A stretch of DNA of 64,000 nt from Candidatus Bathyarchaeia archaeon (GCA_038727135.1 JAVYWL010000001.1:96001-160000); one strand, 5' to 3'. Shown: positions 9,430 to 18,673, numbered from the stretch's first letter. Program-made: numbers and translations. Notes: a model not told the origin generated them from the sequence alone.

Positions 9430-10596
9430 TCATAGCCAAACCATTCCGAAGGCTAAGAAACGAAACGCCAACACACTAATTATGCTGCTGAGAAGTGAAA
9501 CAGAAATGCTTCTTGCCCACGGGAAATTAAACAATAAATGCACGGCAATACTACATAAAACTACAACCCAACCATAATACATTATTCTCTCTAAAACATT
9601 ATATTGAATAAAGAATATGGACATATAGTTCTGCACATCCCTCGTTAAACCTTCTCCGGGAACTCCACCCAATGTTTCTAAGGATAAACGCATTTCAGGA
9701 TACGCCAGAACAATCCCGGTAAGAATCAGATTCTGCACAAAAAGGGATACAAGCGCGAACCCGGATATCACAAGCATAGTTTTCCAAACAGGCTGAGCCT
9801 TAAATAAACGCGAAAATAAGTAAAGGATAACCCCCAAAATGAACCATTGCATAAAGAATATCATAAACGCATTTACCACAGAGTATAAAACCATCGTGCC
9901 ACCATAAATCTCAAACTCGGATTTGTAAAAACCATGAAAGAAAACTCCATCAACCAGAACTGTAATGTTTTTGTTAGATGGCCATTCTAATTTAAACATT
10001 AAACTAGTAATATTGGACCAGTTACCATTGAAGCTTGAAAAATCGCTTAACAAGATTGTTTTGTTATCCCAAACGCCAACCCTTATGGGGCTGCTCTGCA
10101 GGGAATAGTTAAAGTATTTACCTGTGGAATTTTCTGAGAACAAATAAATGCTCATGTTTGAAGGAGGAGCATCCGAAGGCTCAACTATCTTTATCCTAAA
10201 TGTCAAATTTGTATAGTGGTTTGGCTCAATACAGTTTAATGCTTCTGGAATTTTTAGTTCCATGGAAATTAAGCTGCTGTTTTCTAGCTTGAATTGGATG
10301 CTTTTGTTTCCGTAACGGTCGCCTTTAATATAATCTGTAGTATTTACGGATACGGCTGCATTTTTTTCATTCGAAGACCAGAAGTTGACATTTTCCGTCC
10401 ACTTGTCTGATTCAGACAGTGATGGAGCTGTTTGATCATAGTAAACTCGTGTAGAGAGGACGTAATAAAATCCGGAGAAGGATAATACGAACAAGAGCAT
10501 GATTATTAGTGGTCCTTTGTACTGTGGTTTTTGTATTATTTCTTTGAAGGCTTTGTGTGGTGCATATATGACGCGTAAGACTTCATGCATGGACAT
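9430..10596 (-). CDS. Yip1-like membrane protein with an inserted extracellular domain
   Basis: VIYAPHKAFKEI N-terminus, TM helix, ~180 aa sequon-rich domain, further TM helices. Confidence 0.55.
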   Translation of the reverse strand: MSMHEVLRVIYAPHKAFKEIIQKPQYKGPLIIMLLFVLSFSGFYYVLSTRVYYDQTAPSLSESDKWTENVNFWSSNEKNAAVSVNTTDYIKGDRYGNKSIQFKLENSSLISMELKIPEALNCIEPNHYTNLTFRIKIVEPSDAPPSNMSIYLFSENSTGKYFNYSLQSSPIRVGVWDNKTILLSDFSSFNGNWSNITSLMFKLEWPSNKNITVLVDGVFFHGFYKSEFEIYGGTMVLYSVVNAFMIFFMQWFILGVILYLFSRLFKAQPVWKTMLVISGFALVSLFVQNLILTGIVLAYPEMRLSLETLGGVPGEGLTRDVQNYMSIFFIQYNVLERIMYYGWVVVLCSIAVHLLFNFPWARSISVSLLSSIISVLAFRFLAFGMVWL

Positions 10597-10646
10597 TTAT
10601 TTTAGCTCCGCGGTATTTTGTTGCCAGCACTATTATTAAAGGTTGC

Positions 10647-12155
10647 TTACATGCCAGCTTTAAGTCGTCTATATGTGTTGTAGTCCACATATTCCAAGAA
10701 CGGGTTTTCCGCTTGATATTTAACGGTGAGTTTTTGGCGCTGCCTTTTTTCAAGAATTTGGCTTGTTGTTATGAAGGAGTAGGCGTCGCTTCCAGCTCCA
10801 GAGCCATAGCTTACTATTAGTATACGTTCGTTGGGCTTTGCTATGTCGAGGACTGCTGCCAAGCCAACCGGTGATGAGCCAGAATATGTGTTGCCAAACT
10901 TTGCCACTTGAATTGAGGGTATATACTGCTCTTCTTTAAAGCCTAGTTCGCGAGCTATTCTTATTGGGAATTGGATGTTTGGCTGATGGGCCACAAAATA
11001 GTTTATGTCGCTTGGTTTTAAGCCCAGCCTATCCATAAGCTTCTTTGCAGCTTTTCTTATGTGTTTGAAGTAGGCTGGGTCGCCTGTGAATCGTCCACCA
11101 TGCATTGGGTAGGGTTCGCCGTCTCTCCGCCAGAAGTCTGGCGTATCAGAGGTGCATGAGTACCAGCCTTCAAGCTCTGCTATGACATCTGTTTTTCCGA
11201 ATATGTAGGCGCATCCGCCATAACCGACGAAAAAGTCTAGCTCCCCACCTGGAGAGTCTCTTGGAGCCGCTTGTGAGTTGTCCGCTCCAATAACCATGGC
11301 GTATGGAAAGCCCATCTTTGGATAGCTGACAAGCGATGCGGCGTCCTTAAACATGCTTGTAGCCGCCTTACAGGCGAATTCTGTGTCAACGGCGTCAACG
11401 CCTTGAACATCCTCGTCTTCTTCGCCGAGCTTAAGGACCTGGGCAACCTTTGAAGCTATGGGTTTAACAGCATAGGGATTCGATTCTGAGCCAACGTAAA
11501 CTTTGCCAATAAGCGAGCTATCCACCCCAGAGTGAATTAGGGCGAGTTTTCCGGCTTCAACAGCTGCTGTTATGGCATCCTCATCTATGAATGGGACGGA
11601 ACGTTCTATGCCGCCCTCTCTAATTCTAAACTTGGACGTGTATACGCCGTAGCCAACTATGCCCGGAGTATCATACTCCTTGCATGGCTTTATTACATGG
11701 TACTCTTGATGTGGATAATATTCGTCGGCGAAGGTGAAAGCCAAGGAAATCGTCGGGATTATTTCGCTTTTCTCAACAGAATAGCGTCTCCTAAACCTTG
11801 GGACAACCTCCCTACCTTCAAGGGCTGAAAAGTCTATGGTTTCGCCATCCCCTATTATTTTGTCTGTAAGCCTTCCCGGAACTCTTATCTTGCCGTTGTG
11901 AAAGGAAACTATGCCGTAAATGTATGTGCCAAGCTTTGTAAACTTGTTTGTCGGTTCATTGACAAGGGTGCAAAGCTCAAGTCTGCCCTTCTCATAGAAG
12001 AAGTCAATGTCCTCCATTTTTCCGAAGCTTTTTCTTCCGCAGTTTCCGCAGTAATCCCTTATTTCAAAATATTCTTTTCCACAGATTTGGCATCTTCTAC
12101 CCCTAAGCCTATCGCCAAGATAGGAAACACGCCTTTCTATTGGTTCGCTGCTCAT
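10647..12155 (-). CDS. DUF35 (Zn-ribbon/OB-fold)-HMG-CoA synthase fusion
   Basis: N-terminal CQICG...CGNCG followed by an OB-fold-like region; then archaeal HMGCS motifs GSES, EFACKA, AHQPN, GNTYSGS, SYGSGAGSD. Confidence 0.88.
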   Translation of the reverse strand: MSSEPIERRVSYLGDRLRGRRCQICGKEYFEIRDYCGNCGRKSFGKMEDIDFFYEKGRLELCTLVNEPTNKFTKLGTYIYGIVSFHNGKIRVPGRLTDKIIGDGETIDFSALEGREVVPRFRRRYSVEKSEIIPTISLAFTFADEYYPHQEYHVIKPCKEYDTPGIVGYGVYTSKFRIREGGIERSVPFIDEDAITAAVEAGKLALIHSGVDSSLIGKVYVGSESNPYAVKPIASKVAQVLKLGEEDEDVQGVDAVDTEFACKAATSMFKDAASLVSYPKMGFPYAMVIGADNSQAAPRDSPGGELDFFVGYGGCAYIFGKTDVIAELEGWYSCTSDTPDFWRRDGEPYPMHGGRFTGDPAYFKHIRKAAKKLMDRLGLKPSDINYFVAHQPNIQFPIRIARELGFKEEQYIPSIQVAKFGNTYSGSSPVGLAAVLDIAKPNERILIVSYGSGAGSDAYSFITTSQILEKRQRQKLTVKYQAENPFLEYVDYNTYRRLKAGM

Positions 12156-13355
12156 TTAGAAGCCTCCTCCCAAAATGTGAACATAACTTTTAGTGCCGAA
12201 ACCCTCAAGCTCGAGCACACAGCCATACTTTAACGCTTCATCAGTTTTTATTTGGCGTTCACCAGCTTCGCCCCTAAGCTGCTTAACAACTTCGTAAATT
12301 TGGGCTCCACCAGTGGCGCCCAGCGGGTTTCCATCAGCCTTTAAGCCGCCATTCGTATTAACAAAAAGCTTCTTCCCATTCACCTCGTAGTAGCCCTTAT
12401 AGTCTTTGCAGCTTTCAAAGATGGTTTTCCAAGCTGTTCCCCGCTCGCAGAAGCCTAAATCCTCGAGGGAAACCATTTCCATAACGGTTGATTGGTCGTA
12501 AACCTCCAAAACTTGTATGTCCCATAGGCTTATCCCAGCAGTTTTAAGGGCTTTTTCTATGGCTAGGCGGGTCGCAATAAAACCAGTCATGTCTTCACGG
12601 GCTGGAAAAGTTAGGTAGTCGGTGGCTGACGCGGAGCCAAGTACATAAATTGGCTTGTCAGTCAGCTTTTTAGCTGCTTCCTCGCCGGCTAAAATCACTG
12701 CGGAAGCGCCGTCAGATATAGGTGCAAAATCATAAAGCCCCAATGGGCGCCTCGCGTTTCTTCTGGCTTCCAGCACTTGCTCAACTGTTATTTTCCGCTG
12801 GAACTGGGCGTACTCATTTTTCAAGGCATTCAAATGATTTTTAACAGAGATTTGTGCCAAGGCGATGCCTAACTTTTCAAGGTTCTCGCCGCTTATTCCA
12901 TAGCGCTTAATGTAAGCCCTAAGCATAAGCTCATGGTTGGCTTCAGGTGTGCATCCAGCATAGTAACTCCAAGGGTCTTCAAGAAGCATTAGGTCGTCCC
13001 GGATTTTGTCCCAGCGGTCTGTCATTTTCTCTATGCCGCCTACAAGAACTATGTCATACTTTCCCGCTTGAATGGCGTTACAGGCGTTGGAGAAGGCTGA
13101 ACTGAAGGAGCGCACAACATCCATAGGCACATGTAGTTCGGTCAACTCCGATAGGAAACCCTCTTCAAGCCCGAGCTTATTTGTTATCGGCAGAAAATAA
13201 TCCGATAAGTAACATGCCTCTAAGTCTTTACGTTCAATTCCAGCCTCCTCTGAAGCTCTGAGCCAAGCCTCCTCGATAAGGCGTTCAGGCTGCTTCTCGT
13301 AATGCTCCCCAAACTTTGTCCTACCAGCCGCAACAATCACTGGACGATTTCCCAT
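12156..13355 (-). CDS. Archaeal thiolase-fold protein (acetoacetyl-CoA thiolase/SCP-x type) with altered catalytic motifs
   Basis: GRTKFG, GGIEKM, PISDGASA, NTNGGLKADGNPLGATG; stop abuts the HMGCS start (TAAATG). Confidence 0.85.
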   Translation of the reverse strand: MGNRPVIVAAGRTKFGEHYEKQPERLIEEAWLRASEEAGIERKDLEACYLSDYFLPITNKLGLEEGFLSELTELHVPMDVVRSFSSAFSNACNAIQAGKYDIVLVGGIEKMTDRWDKIRDDLMLLEDPWSYYAGCTPEANHELMLRAYIKRYGISGENLEKLGIALAQISVKNHLNALKNEYAQFQRKITVEQVLEARRNARRPLGLYDFAPISDGASAVILAGEEAAKKLTDKPIYVLGSASATDYLTFPAREDMTGFIATRLAIEKALKTAGISLWDIQVLEVYDQSTVMEMVSLEDLGFCERGTAWKTIFESCKDYKGYYEVNGKKLFVNTNGGLKADGNPLGATGGAQIYEVVKQLRGEAGERQIKTDEALKYGCVLELEGFGTKSYVHILGGGF

Positions 13356-13606
13356 AGCTGCACGCCTCTTACTGTAGCAATTATCCCTTCCAACAAGGCT
13401 TTTAAGTGTTTGCCAAACCAACGCTTTAAACCATAAAACATTAACAAAAATTGATGCACAGTTCTAGCGAGGCAAATGGTCATGACATCTAAGGAAAAGT
13501 ACCGTCTAATCATAACCGTCAAGGAAATAAGGGAACAGACAACATATTGGTTCACGCCCTTGGTTGCATGCTTTCCTTGCCTGTGCCATCAAGCAGCGGA
13601 ATAAGC

Positions 13607-13762
13607 TTAAAAACCTGGGCTTGGGGAAACCTTGTCGTCGGCGCTTAAGTAGACTGGATAGCCCTTTGTTATGTTGGCTGCTGCTTCAAAGGTTTCGATT
13701 ATGGCGTTTGGGTCGTCTGTTTCGCCAGCAGCCATCCAAGGTTTTCCCGTCAAATCAGCCAT
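13607..13762 (-). pseudogene. Truncated capsid cement/decoration-like gene (51 aa, not in ORF track)
   Basis: MADLTGKPWMAAGETDDPNAIIETFEAAANITKGYPVYLSADDKVSPSPGF*; TFEAAANITKGYPVYL resembles DUF2190-type N-termini; GGAG-like RBS upstream. Confidence 0.55.
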
Positions 13763-13792
13763 GTGCTTTCACTCCATCTTTTTCTTTTGGTT

Positions 13793-13972
13793 TCAGCCAA
13801 TTCGTCTTGGCTTACTCCCAGCCACACGAAGTGACCGTAATTCGGGATGTGAATAACATGAAATGTGGAAATGGTTGCCTTGGGCGTCTGTAATGTAGCC
13901 TTCAACAGCATTGTCTATGAGCTTACCACACGCCTTGCATTTTCCAACTATAAAGCTGGGTTTCTCACTCAT
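13793..13972 (-). CDS. Small viral zinc-finger protein (59 aa, not in ORF track)
   Basis: MSEKPSFIVGKCKACGKLIDNAVEGYITDAQGNHFHISC...; CxxC...HxxC pattern; GAGG upstream. Confidence 0.65.
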   Translation of the reverse strand: MSEKPSFIVGKCKACGKLIDNAVEGYITDAQGNHFHISCYSHPELRSLRVAGSKPRRIG

Positions 13973-13985
13973 TATTTATTCCTCT

Positions 13986-15002
13986 TTACATGGCGTAAAC
14001 ACGGCTGCTAAGCCTAAAGCTGGTTTGGGCGGTTCCGCCATTTCGATATGCTACACGCACATAACGCAAGGTTATGGCATGCTGCTGTATAGATGCCACC
14101 TGCACCGTTGAGCCGTCAGGATTTGTAACCGCTTGAGTTGCTTGATTACGCACTGTAACCCAAGTTGAGCCGTCTGGGCTTTCCTGAATCATTAAAGTGC
14201 CAGCTTGATCGCTGACCGCATGGACGTTAATAAAGGCGTAATGGTCGTAGGGTGAACTGCTGCTTATCTGCGTGTCCCGAGAAGTGCCAGTAAAGGAAGC
14301 GTTAGCTCCAAGCGCAGTTGTGGAATCCGCGTAAGGCGTGGCCAAGAGACGGGCTGAAGGCACAATTATGCCTATTCTGTTGGTTCCGGCGGCGAGGGCT
14401 CCAGCATGTAATATGGGTATGCCAACGTTTGCTTGGGCTCCGCCAGAGCCTACGCCGAGCCATGTTCCAACAAGCTCCGGGTAAACAGCTACAAGGTCTA
14501 TTTGGCTTGTGCCTGTGCTGAGGTTTTTGAGGCTTATGGATAACGGCTTGTTGGGTATTTTGCTTCCTTGGTATGGTCCGTAGAAGGTTCCGTTAACCCA
14601 TATTACTATGGCGTCTGGTTCCCAGAGGATTACGAAAACGTTGTAGCTGGTTTCTGTGATGGAAACTGCTGTTATTCCTTCTGTGGGGTCAACGGTGCTT
14701 TTGTAGCGTAGGTTTCCTCCGCTCCAGACAACATAATCGTTTAAGCCGTCGTCAAAGCCTATGCGCAAGTTTCCAGAAGCAGAAGCCTTTGCAACAACTA
14801 TTAAAATGCCGTAGAGAAACTTCCTTTTGCTTCTAACTTCTGTGTTGGCTCCTGAAAGCGAAAGAATGCTGTCCGCGAGGCTAGGCGAACCAGCAATAAT
14901 ATCCCACTGTTCAAGGCTGTCAAAGTCATCTCGGAACACGTAACGCCCAGAAATTGCAGCCTGCCCAACAGGCTCTGGAATATTAGCCAGCTTTTCAGCC
15001 AA
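13986..15002 (-). CDS. Putative virion protein with a concanavalin-A/LamG-like beta-sandwich domain
   Basis: FRDDFDSL...YNVFVILWEPDAIVIWVNG; TTG start at 15002 with AGGAGAG upstream, overlapping the prohead protease stop. Confidence 0.55.
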   Translation of the reverse strand: MAEKLANIPEPVGQAAISGRYVFRDDFDSLEQWDIIAGSPSLADSILSLSGANTEVRSKRKFLYGILIVVAKASASGNLRIGFDDGLNDYVVWSGGNLRYKSTVDPTEGITAVSITETSYNVFVILWEPDAIVIWVNGTFYGPYQGSKIPNKPLSISLKNLSTGTSQIDLVAVYPELVGTWLGVGSGGAQANVGIPILHAGALAAGTNRIGIIVPSARLLATPYADSTTALGANASFTGTSRDTQISSSSPYDHYAFINVHAVSDQAGTLMIQESPDGSTWVTVRNQATQAVTNPDGSTVQVASIQQHAITLRYVRVAYRNGGTAQTSFRLSSRVYAM

Positions 15003-16290
15003 CAGCCTTTCTCTCCTTAAGCTTCCAAATAGCACGGCGAATGTCTTGGCACATCCGCTGCATACCCAAAGTGCTATGCTCAACCGCTGGGCTTGGCAGT
15101 AACCCTTCAAGAATTGAAATGGCTTCTTGAACGGGTATCATGAGTTCTTTGGGCTTTTGGATAAGGCTTTCGGAAATGCTGGCTTGAGTTTGCTTGGCCT
15201 TTAATTCTGCAACTTGTTTTTCCAGTTCTTGAATTTTCGCCATTAGGGATTCTTTCGCTTTTTCGCATGGCAACTTTTCCTGTGTTTGTGTTGCTTCTTG
15301 GGTTTCGCTGCAAACTTCGCTTTCTATCCCGGCCTCTTTGGCGTGAGCGCACAGATGCCTTTTAGCCTCGGCCCTCTCTTCAGGCGTTAAATCTGTTTGG
15401 GATAATCGTGCCAAGGCATTTCGTAGATGAGGCAGGTCTAAGCTGCCATCAGCCTTGTGATGGGGCAAATGCCTAAGCGTTCTTGGAACAGTTTTGCCTT
15501 GCTCGTCCTTATGTCCGCCTTTGCTGATGACGGCAAAAGCTGAATCTGGCAAATCGTTAATGTAGGATGTATCCCACTCCGCTTCTTTCACATTTCGCCC
15601 ATGCTCCAAACTTTCTAAAACTTGAATATTGGTTTCGGGTATGCCCGGCACAGCCACAAGGCTTAACTCTGCATTATGCAAGCCATGAGGCACTTTGCCA
15701 TCTAAAATGTCTAATGTTTCGTAGTCTGCGCCTACGCTTACATGCTGTATTAAGCCTTTACGGATTTTCTCGGCTGTTTCATCATCGTAGATTTCAGCCT
15801 CATACCAAAGATTGGCGCCATCCCACTCGGTTTTTGTGACTTTACCAACCGCGTTTGGAACAGCCACATGCTCAATGTAGACTGGCGCAGAAACAAGCTT
15901 CTGAGCGAAGTTTTGAAGCTCTTCAGGCGTGTAAATGTTAAAATTTCTGCTCATGCCGGCAGTCATGGCTATGCCTTTAATGCGTAGTGGCTTGTCAACA
16001 ATCTTCTCCAAAACCTTGAAGGGCAGAATAGCGCTTACATGCTCCTTAACTACTGCTTCACGGTGCTTCTCAAACCAAGCCTTAGCCTTCTCAACAGTCC
16101 AGCTCTTAGCTTTGTCAAAAAGATAGCTCTGCACTGTTGTTTTGTCTTCGCCCTTAAGCTTGCCTATAACGGCTTTAATGCCTTCATCTTCGCTAAGCGT
16201 TATGGTGCGAAAACTGTTTTGCTCAAAATCTTCTGGATCACGGTGTCCAGAACGAATGTATTGGTCGGTTTCTTCCCAAGGCAGAGCCAA
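14995..16290 (-). CDS. Caudoviral prohead protease/scaffold-like protein
   Basis: IKGIAMTAGMSRN..YTPEEL, VYIEH, HVSVG, ELSLVAVPG; then INDLPDSAFA...LPHH...HLRNALAR domain and a coiled coil. Confidence 0.8.
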   Translation of the reverse strand: MALPWEETDQYIRSGHRDPEDFEQNSFRTITLSEDEGIKAVIGKLKGEDKTTVQSYLFDKAKSWTVEKAKAWFEKHREAVVKEHVSAILPFKVLEKIVDKPLRIKGIAMTAGMSRNFNIYTPEELQNFAQKLVSAPVYIEHVAVPNAVGKVTKTEWDGANLWYEAEIYDDETAEKIRKGLIQHVSVGADYETLDILDGKVPHGLHNAELSLVAVPGIPETNIQVLESLEHGRNVKEAEWDTSYINDLPDSAFAVISKGGHKDEQGKTVPRTLRHLPHHKADGSLDLPHLRNALARLSQTDLTPEERAEAKRHLCAHAKEAGIESEVCSETQEATQTQEKLPCEKAKESLMAKIQELEKQVAELKAKQTQASISESLIQKPKELMIPVQEAISILEGLLPSPAVEHSTLGMQRMCQDIRRAIWKLKERKAVG

Positions 16291-16371
16291 AACCCGCCTT
16301 TCACCTGCTCTGCCCTATAAAAATATATGTTACAAAACATAAATTGAATTATACAATAGGATGGTCAAAAA

Positions 16372-16536
16372 GTGGCAAGAAAATACATTGTTCGGGTTGT
16401 TTTAAGCCCACAACACAAAGAACTATTAGACAGAATATGCGAAAAACTTGGACAAAGCGAAAGCGAAACACTACGCATAGCATTTTTACAATATGCAGAA
16501 AAACTAAGCCTGATAACGGAGAAAGTTCACAGCTGA
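16372..16536 (+). CDS. Ribbon-helix-helix (CopG-like) protein, 54 aa (not in ORF track)
   Basis: MARKYIVRVVLSPQHKELLDRICEKLGQSESETLRIAFLQY. Confidence 0.75.
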   Translation: MARKYIVRVVLSPQHKELLDRICEKLGQSESETLRIAFLQYAEKLSLITEKVHS

Positions 16537-16558
16537 AAAACGTTGCAGTGATTATGGT

Positions 16559-17314
16559 TTATTTGGATCGAACTCCTCCAACTATACACAAAATACTTGG
16601 GATGGTGGTAACTATGAGCAAGGAAATGGGGTTGATTAGTGTAAGAACCCCACCAAGTATGGCCAATCGAAATGCAGATTTACCCCTTCTTGCAAAGTCC
16701 CATGCAATTAAATTAAGGATTAAACCTACGAATCCTGGTAATGTGATCACAATGAGAGAAAAGGAGATTAAAGGATGCGCCATTAAAGATAGAAATGTTG
16801 ATCCGAATGTTACTACAAATGTAGTGAATGCCCACCTAAAAACTTCCCATATTATAGTTGGGCGTTTTTCACTTAGATGTCCGATCCATAAAATAAACCA
16901 AAACATGGGCGCAATCATAAAATATAGCACTACAACCCATGGAGCGACCACCCATACCTCAGCGAAAAGTGAAAATGATAGTGTCCAGACAAAGGTGCCA
17001 GCGACGAAGCTGAATAATAGAAGTTTACTGCCCGGTTTAGGTTTATTTGAGTTTGTGAGTTCCCTATTAGCAAAAAGTAAACAAATACAGCCCAAAACAA
17101 GAAAAGAACTCCCTGTTGCGATGAGAATTGGATAGTCAAATGACAATTGGATTTTAAATTCCCACAAACCCCAAGCTTCTACCTTTTCAGTTAAAACATT
17201 TAGGAATTGATCCACTTCCTTCCATGCATGAAAGATAGCAACCGCCAAAATCAAAAAGAATAAAAGTATAAAAGCAATCCCCGTTATCCAATAGACCCTT
17301 CTATTCGCCCACAT
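16559..17314 (-). CDS. Polytopic membrane protein of unknown function (cargo)
   Basis: About 7-8 hydrophobic segments, AT-rich. Confidence 0.7.
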   Translation of the reverse strand: MWANRRVYWITGIAFILLFFLILAVAIFHAWKEVDQFLNVLTEKVEAWGLWEFKIQLSFDYPILIATGSSFLVLGCICLLFANRELTNSNKPKPGSKLLLFSFVAGTFVWTLSFSLFAEVWVVAPWVVVLYFMIAPMFWFILWIGHLSEKRPTIIWEVFRWAFTTFVVTFGSTFLSLMAHPLISFSLIVITLPGFVGLILNLIAWDFARRGKSAFRLAILGGVLTLINPISLLIVTTIPSILCIVGGVRSK

Positions 17315-17394
17315 TGAACATCATTTTAAGATTTCTACTTACATCAGCATAAGTTTTAACTAAAAATTGTTTCGAAATGATCATTTAACCATAA

Positions 17395-17495
17395 GCATGC
17401 GAAAGCTAGGACATAGCGATAAGTGAAACCCTACGCCAAGCAATCCTCACCACGCTGAAAAGTTAAATTTAATGACGAAAAAGCTCCATAGATAA
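17395..17495 (+). pseudogene. Frameshifted copy of the 3' half of the RHH gene at 16372-16536
   Basis: Pieces CE.LGHS / SETLRQAIL / AEKLNLMTKKLHR* align with CEKLGQSESETLRIAFL..AEKLSLITEKVHS*. Confidence 0.7.
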
Positions 17496-17516
17496 GGTAA
17501 TTTATTTAAGATTAAA

Positions 17517-18236
17517 CTACGTCGAACTTCGAGCTAAACTTTTAAAAACGCTCTTTTCCGCCTCTTTCCACGTTACATAAGCATCATGTAGCGCCATTAT
17601 TTCATTGTCTGATAGTTGATCGATTTTAAAATTACCATTATCCATTTTCATTGTCCATATATCTACAGGCTCGCCTAGACCATAAGCACCTATATCGATA
17701 GCATCTTTTATAACCCTATAAGCCACAAGTTTGCCTTTTTCCGTATCTATATCGCTTGAATAATAGTTTCGCAGTAACGTATAAGCAAAAGTATCACCTA
17801 TACCAGTGCATGCGTAACCTAGCTCATCAAGGAGCTCATCCGCGCAGTCTGGAGCTATGTGCCAGATCCTATATCCTTTGTCGCCCTCATGTGTGCATAT
17901 TAAAATATCGGCAAGCGGAGCACCTTTTGCGTTACCGTGAAATGCCTTGTGCCTCTCAATTTCACTTTTCATTATTTGGAAAAGATTTTGTCTCAATTCT
18001 TCTCTTGTTTTAATATCCAGACCTTTAGATAAGCCTTCAGCAAAATTTTTAATTAAATCTCGGCATCTTTGAACCGTGCCAACAGATCCGGAAGCACCAA
18101 AAACAACATTCGAACCTAACTTAAAAATTTTCTGAATTTTTTGTCTAACAGGTCCTCCAGACGACAATGCAGTTGCTTGTCCATCAGAAGCTATCACTAC
18201 TCCATCCTTGCATTTCAAAGCGATAATTAATGTCAT
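17517..18236 (-). CDS. Proteasome beta/HslV-like Ntn hydrolase without propeptide
   Basis: M-T1LIIALKCKDGVVIASD17...QK35IF..GASGS matches the Thr1/Asp17/Lys33 pattern; YACTGIG at the GSG position. Confidence 0.85.
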   Translation of the reverse strand: MTLIIALKCKDGVVIASDGQATALSSGGPVRQKIQKIFKLGSNVVFGASGSVGTVQRCRDLIKNFAEGLSKGLDIKTREELRQNLFQIMKSEIERHKAFHGNAKGAPLADILICTHEGDKGYRIWHIAPDCADELLDELGYACTGIGDTFAYTLLRNYYSSDIDTEKGKLVAYRVIKDAIDIGAYGLGEPVDIWTMKMDNGNFKIDQLSDNEIMALHDAYVTWKEAEKSVFKSLARSST

Positions 18237-18673
18237 TTGATCACCTTGATGTCTATTATAGAATTTACTGCATACTCCGGGTATTTCTCATAAATATGCC
18301 TAAGAAGGTCTATGAAACCCTTACTTATAACCGTCTTTTTTATTTCCTTCATCTTCGCAACTATTTCTTGATTCATATTTTGCAAAATTTTTTTAGATTT
18401 ATCAGCTCCTTGTGGAGTGACCTTATAATATGACCAATAAGATGGAAGAAATTTTATGGTTGTTAACAAGTTTTCTCTTATGAGAGTATTAAGATCATTA
18501 TAAACATCAAAACTGCAAGGTCCATAGAGATACGGTTCAAAAATATAGAAGTTCTCGAGTTTAAGCTCTTTAGATAATAGAAATAGTCCCTTCATTATTT
18601 GCAGTGGACTTACAACATTTGGTTCACTTACAGGCAAGTATATGTATGAAAGGAGAATATCCTCGCGCTTCAA
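18233..18673 (-). CDS. Winged-helix protein, Panacea/SocA (DUF4065)/YwgA-like
   Basis: LQIMKGLFLL...FEPYLYGPCSFDVYNDL...YKVTPQG...LLRHIYEKYPEY; ATGA overlap with the Ntn hydrolase. Confidence 0.65.
   Translation of the reverse strand: MKREDILLSYIYLPVSEPNVVSPLQIMKGLFLLSKELKLENFYIFEPYLYGPCSFDVYNDLNTLIRENLLTTIKFLPSYWSYYKVTPQGADKSKKILQNMNQEIVAKMKEIKKTVISKGFIDLLRHIYEKYPEYAVNSIIDIKVIK

Noticed and set aside
13360-13606. Second att copy or intN at the left end of the provirus
   Set aside because: No match to the tRNA-Glu 3' half was found by eye, so the boundary is left approximate
15003-15110. 116-nt overlap between the prohead protease and the next ORF
   Set aside because: A TTG at 15002 with an RBS-like AGGAGAG reduces it to a normal 8-nt overlap
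16344-17135. 263-aa plus-strand ORF
   Set aside because: Antisense shadow of the membrane gene; it also overlaps the RHH gene in another frame
17517-18236. Calling this gene housekeeping psmB, Anbu or connectase
   Set aside because: No propeptide, divergent GSG and DxxSG motifs, viral AT-rich context, and none of the usual Anbu partner genes; cannot be assigned without a tree
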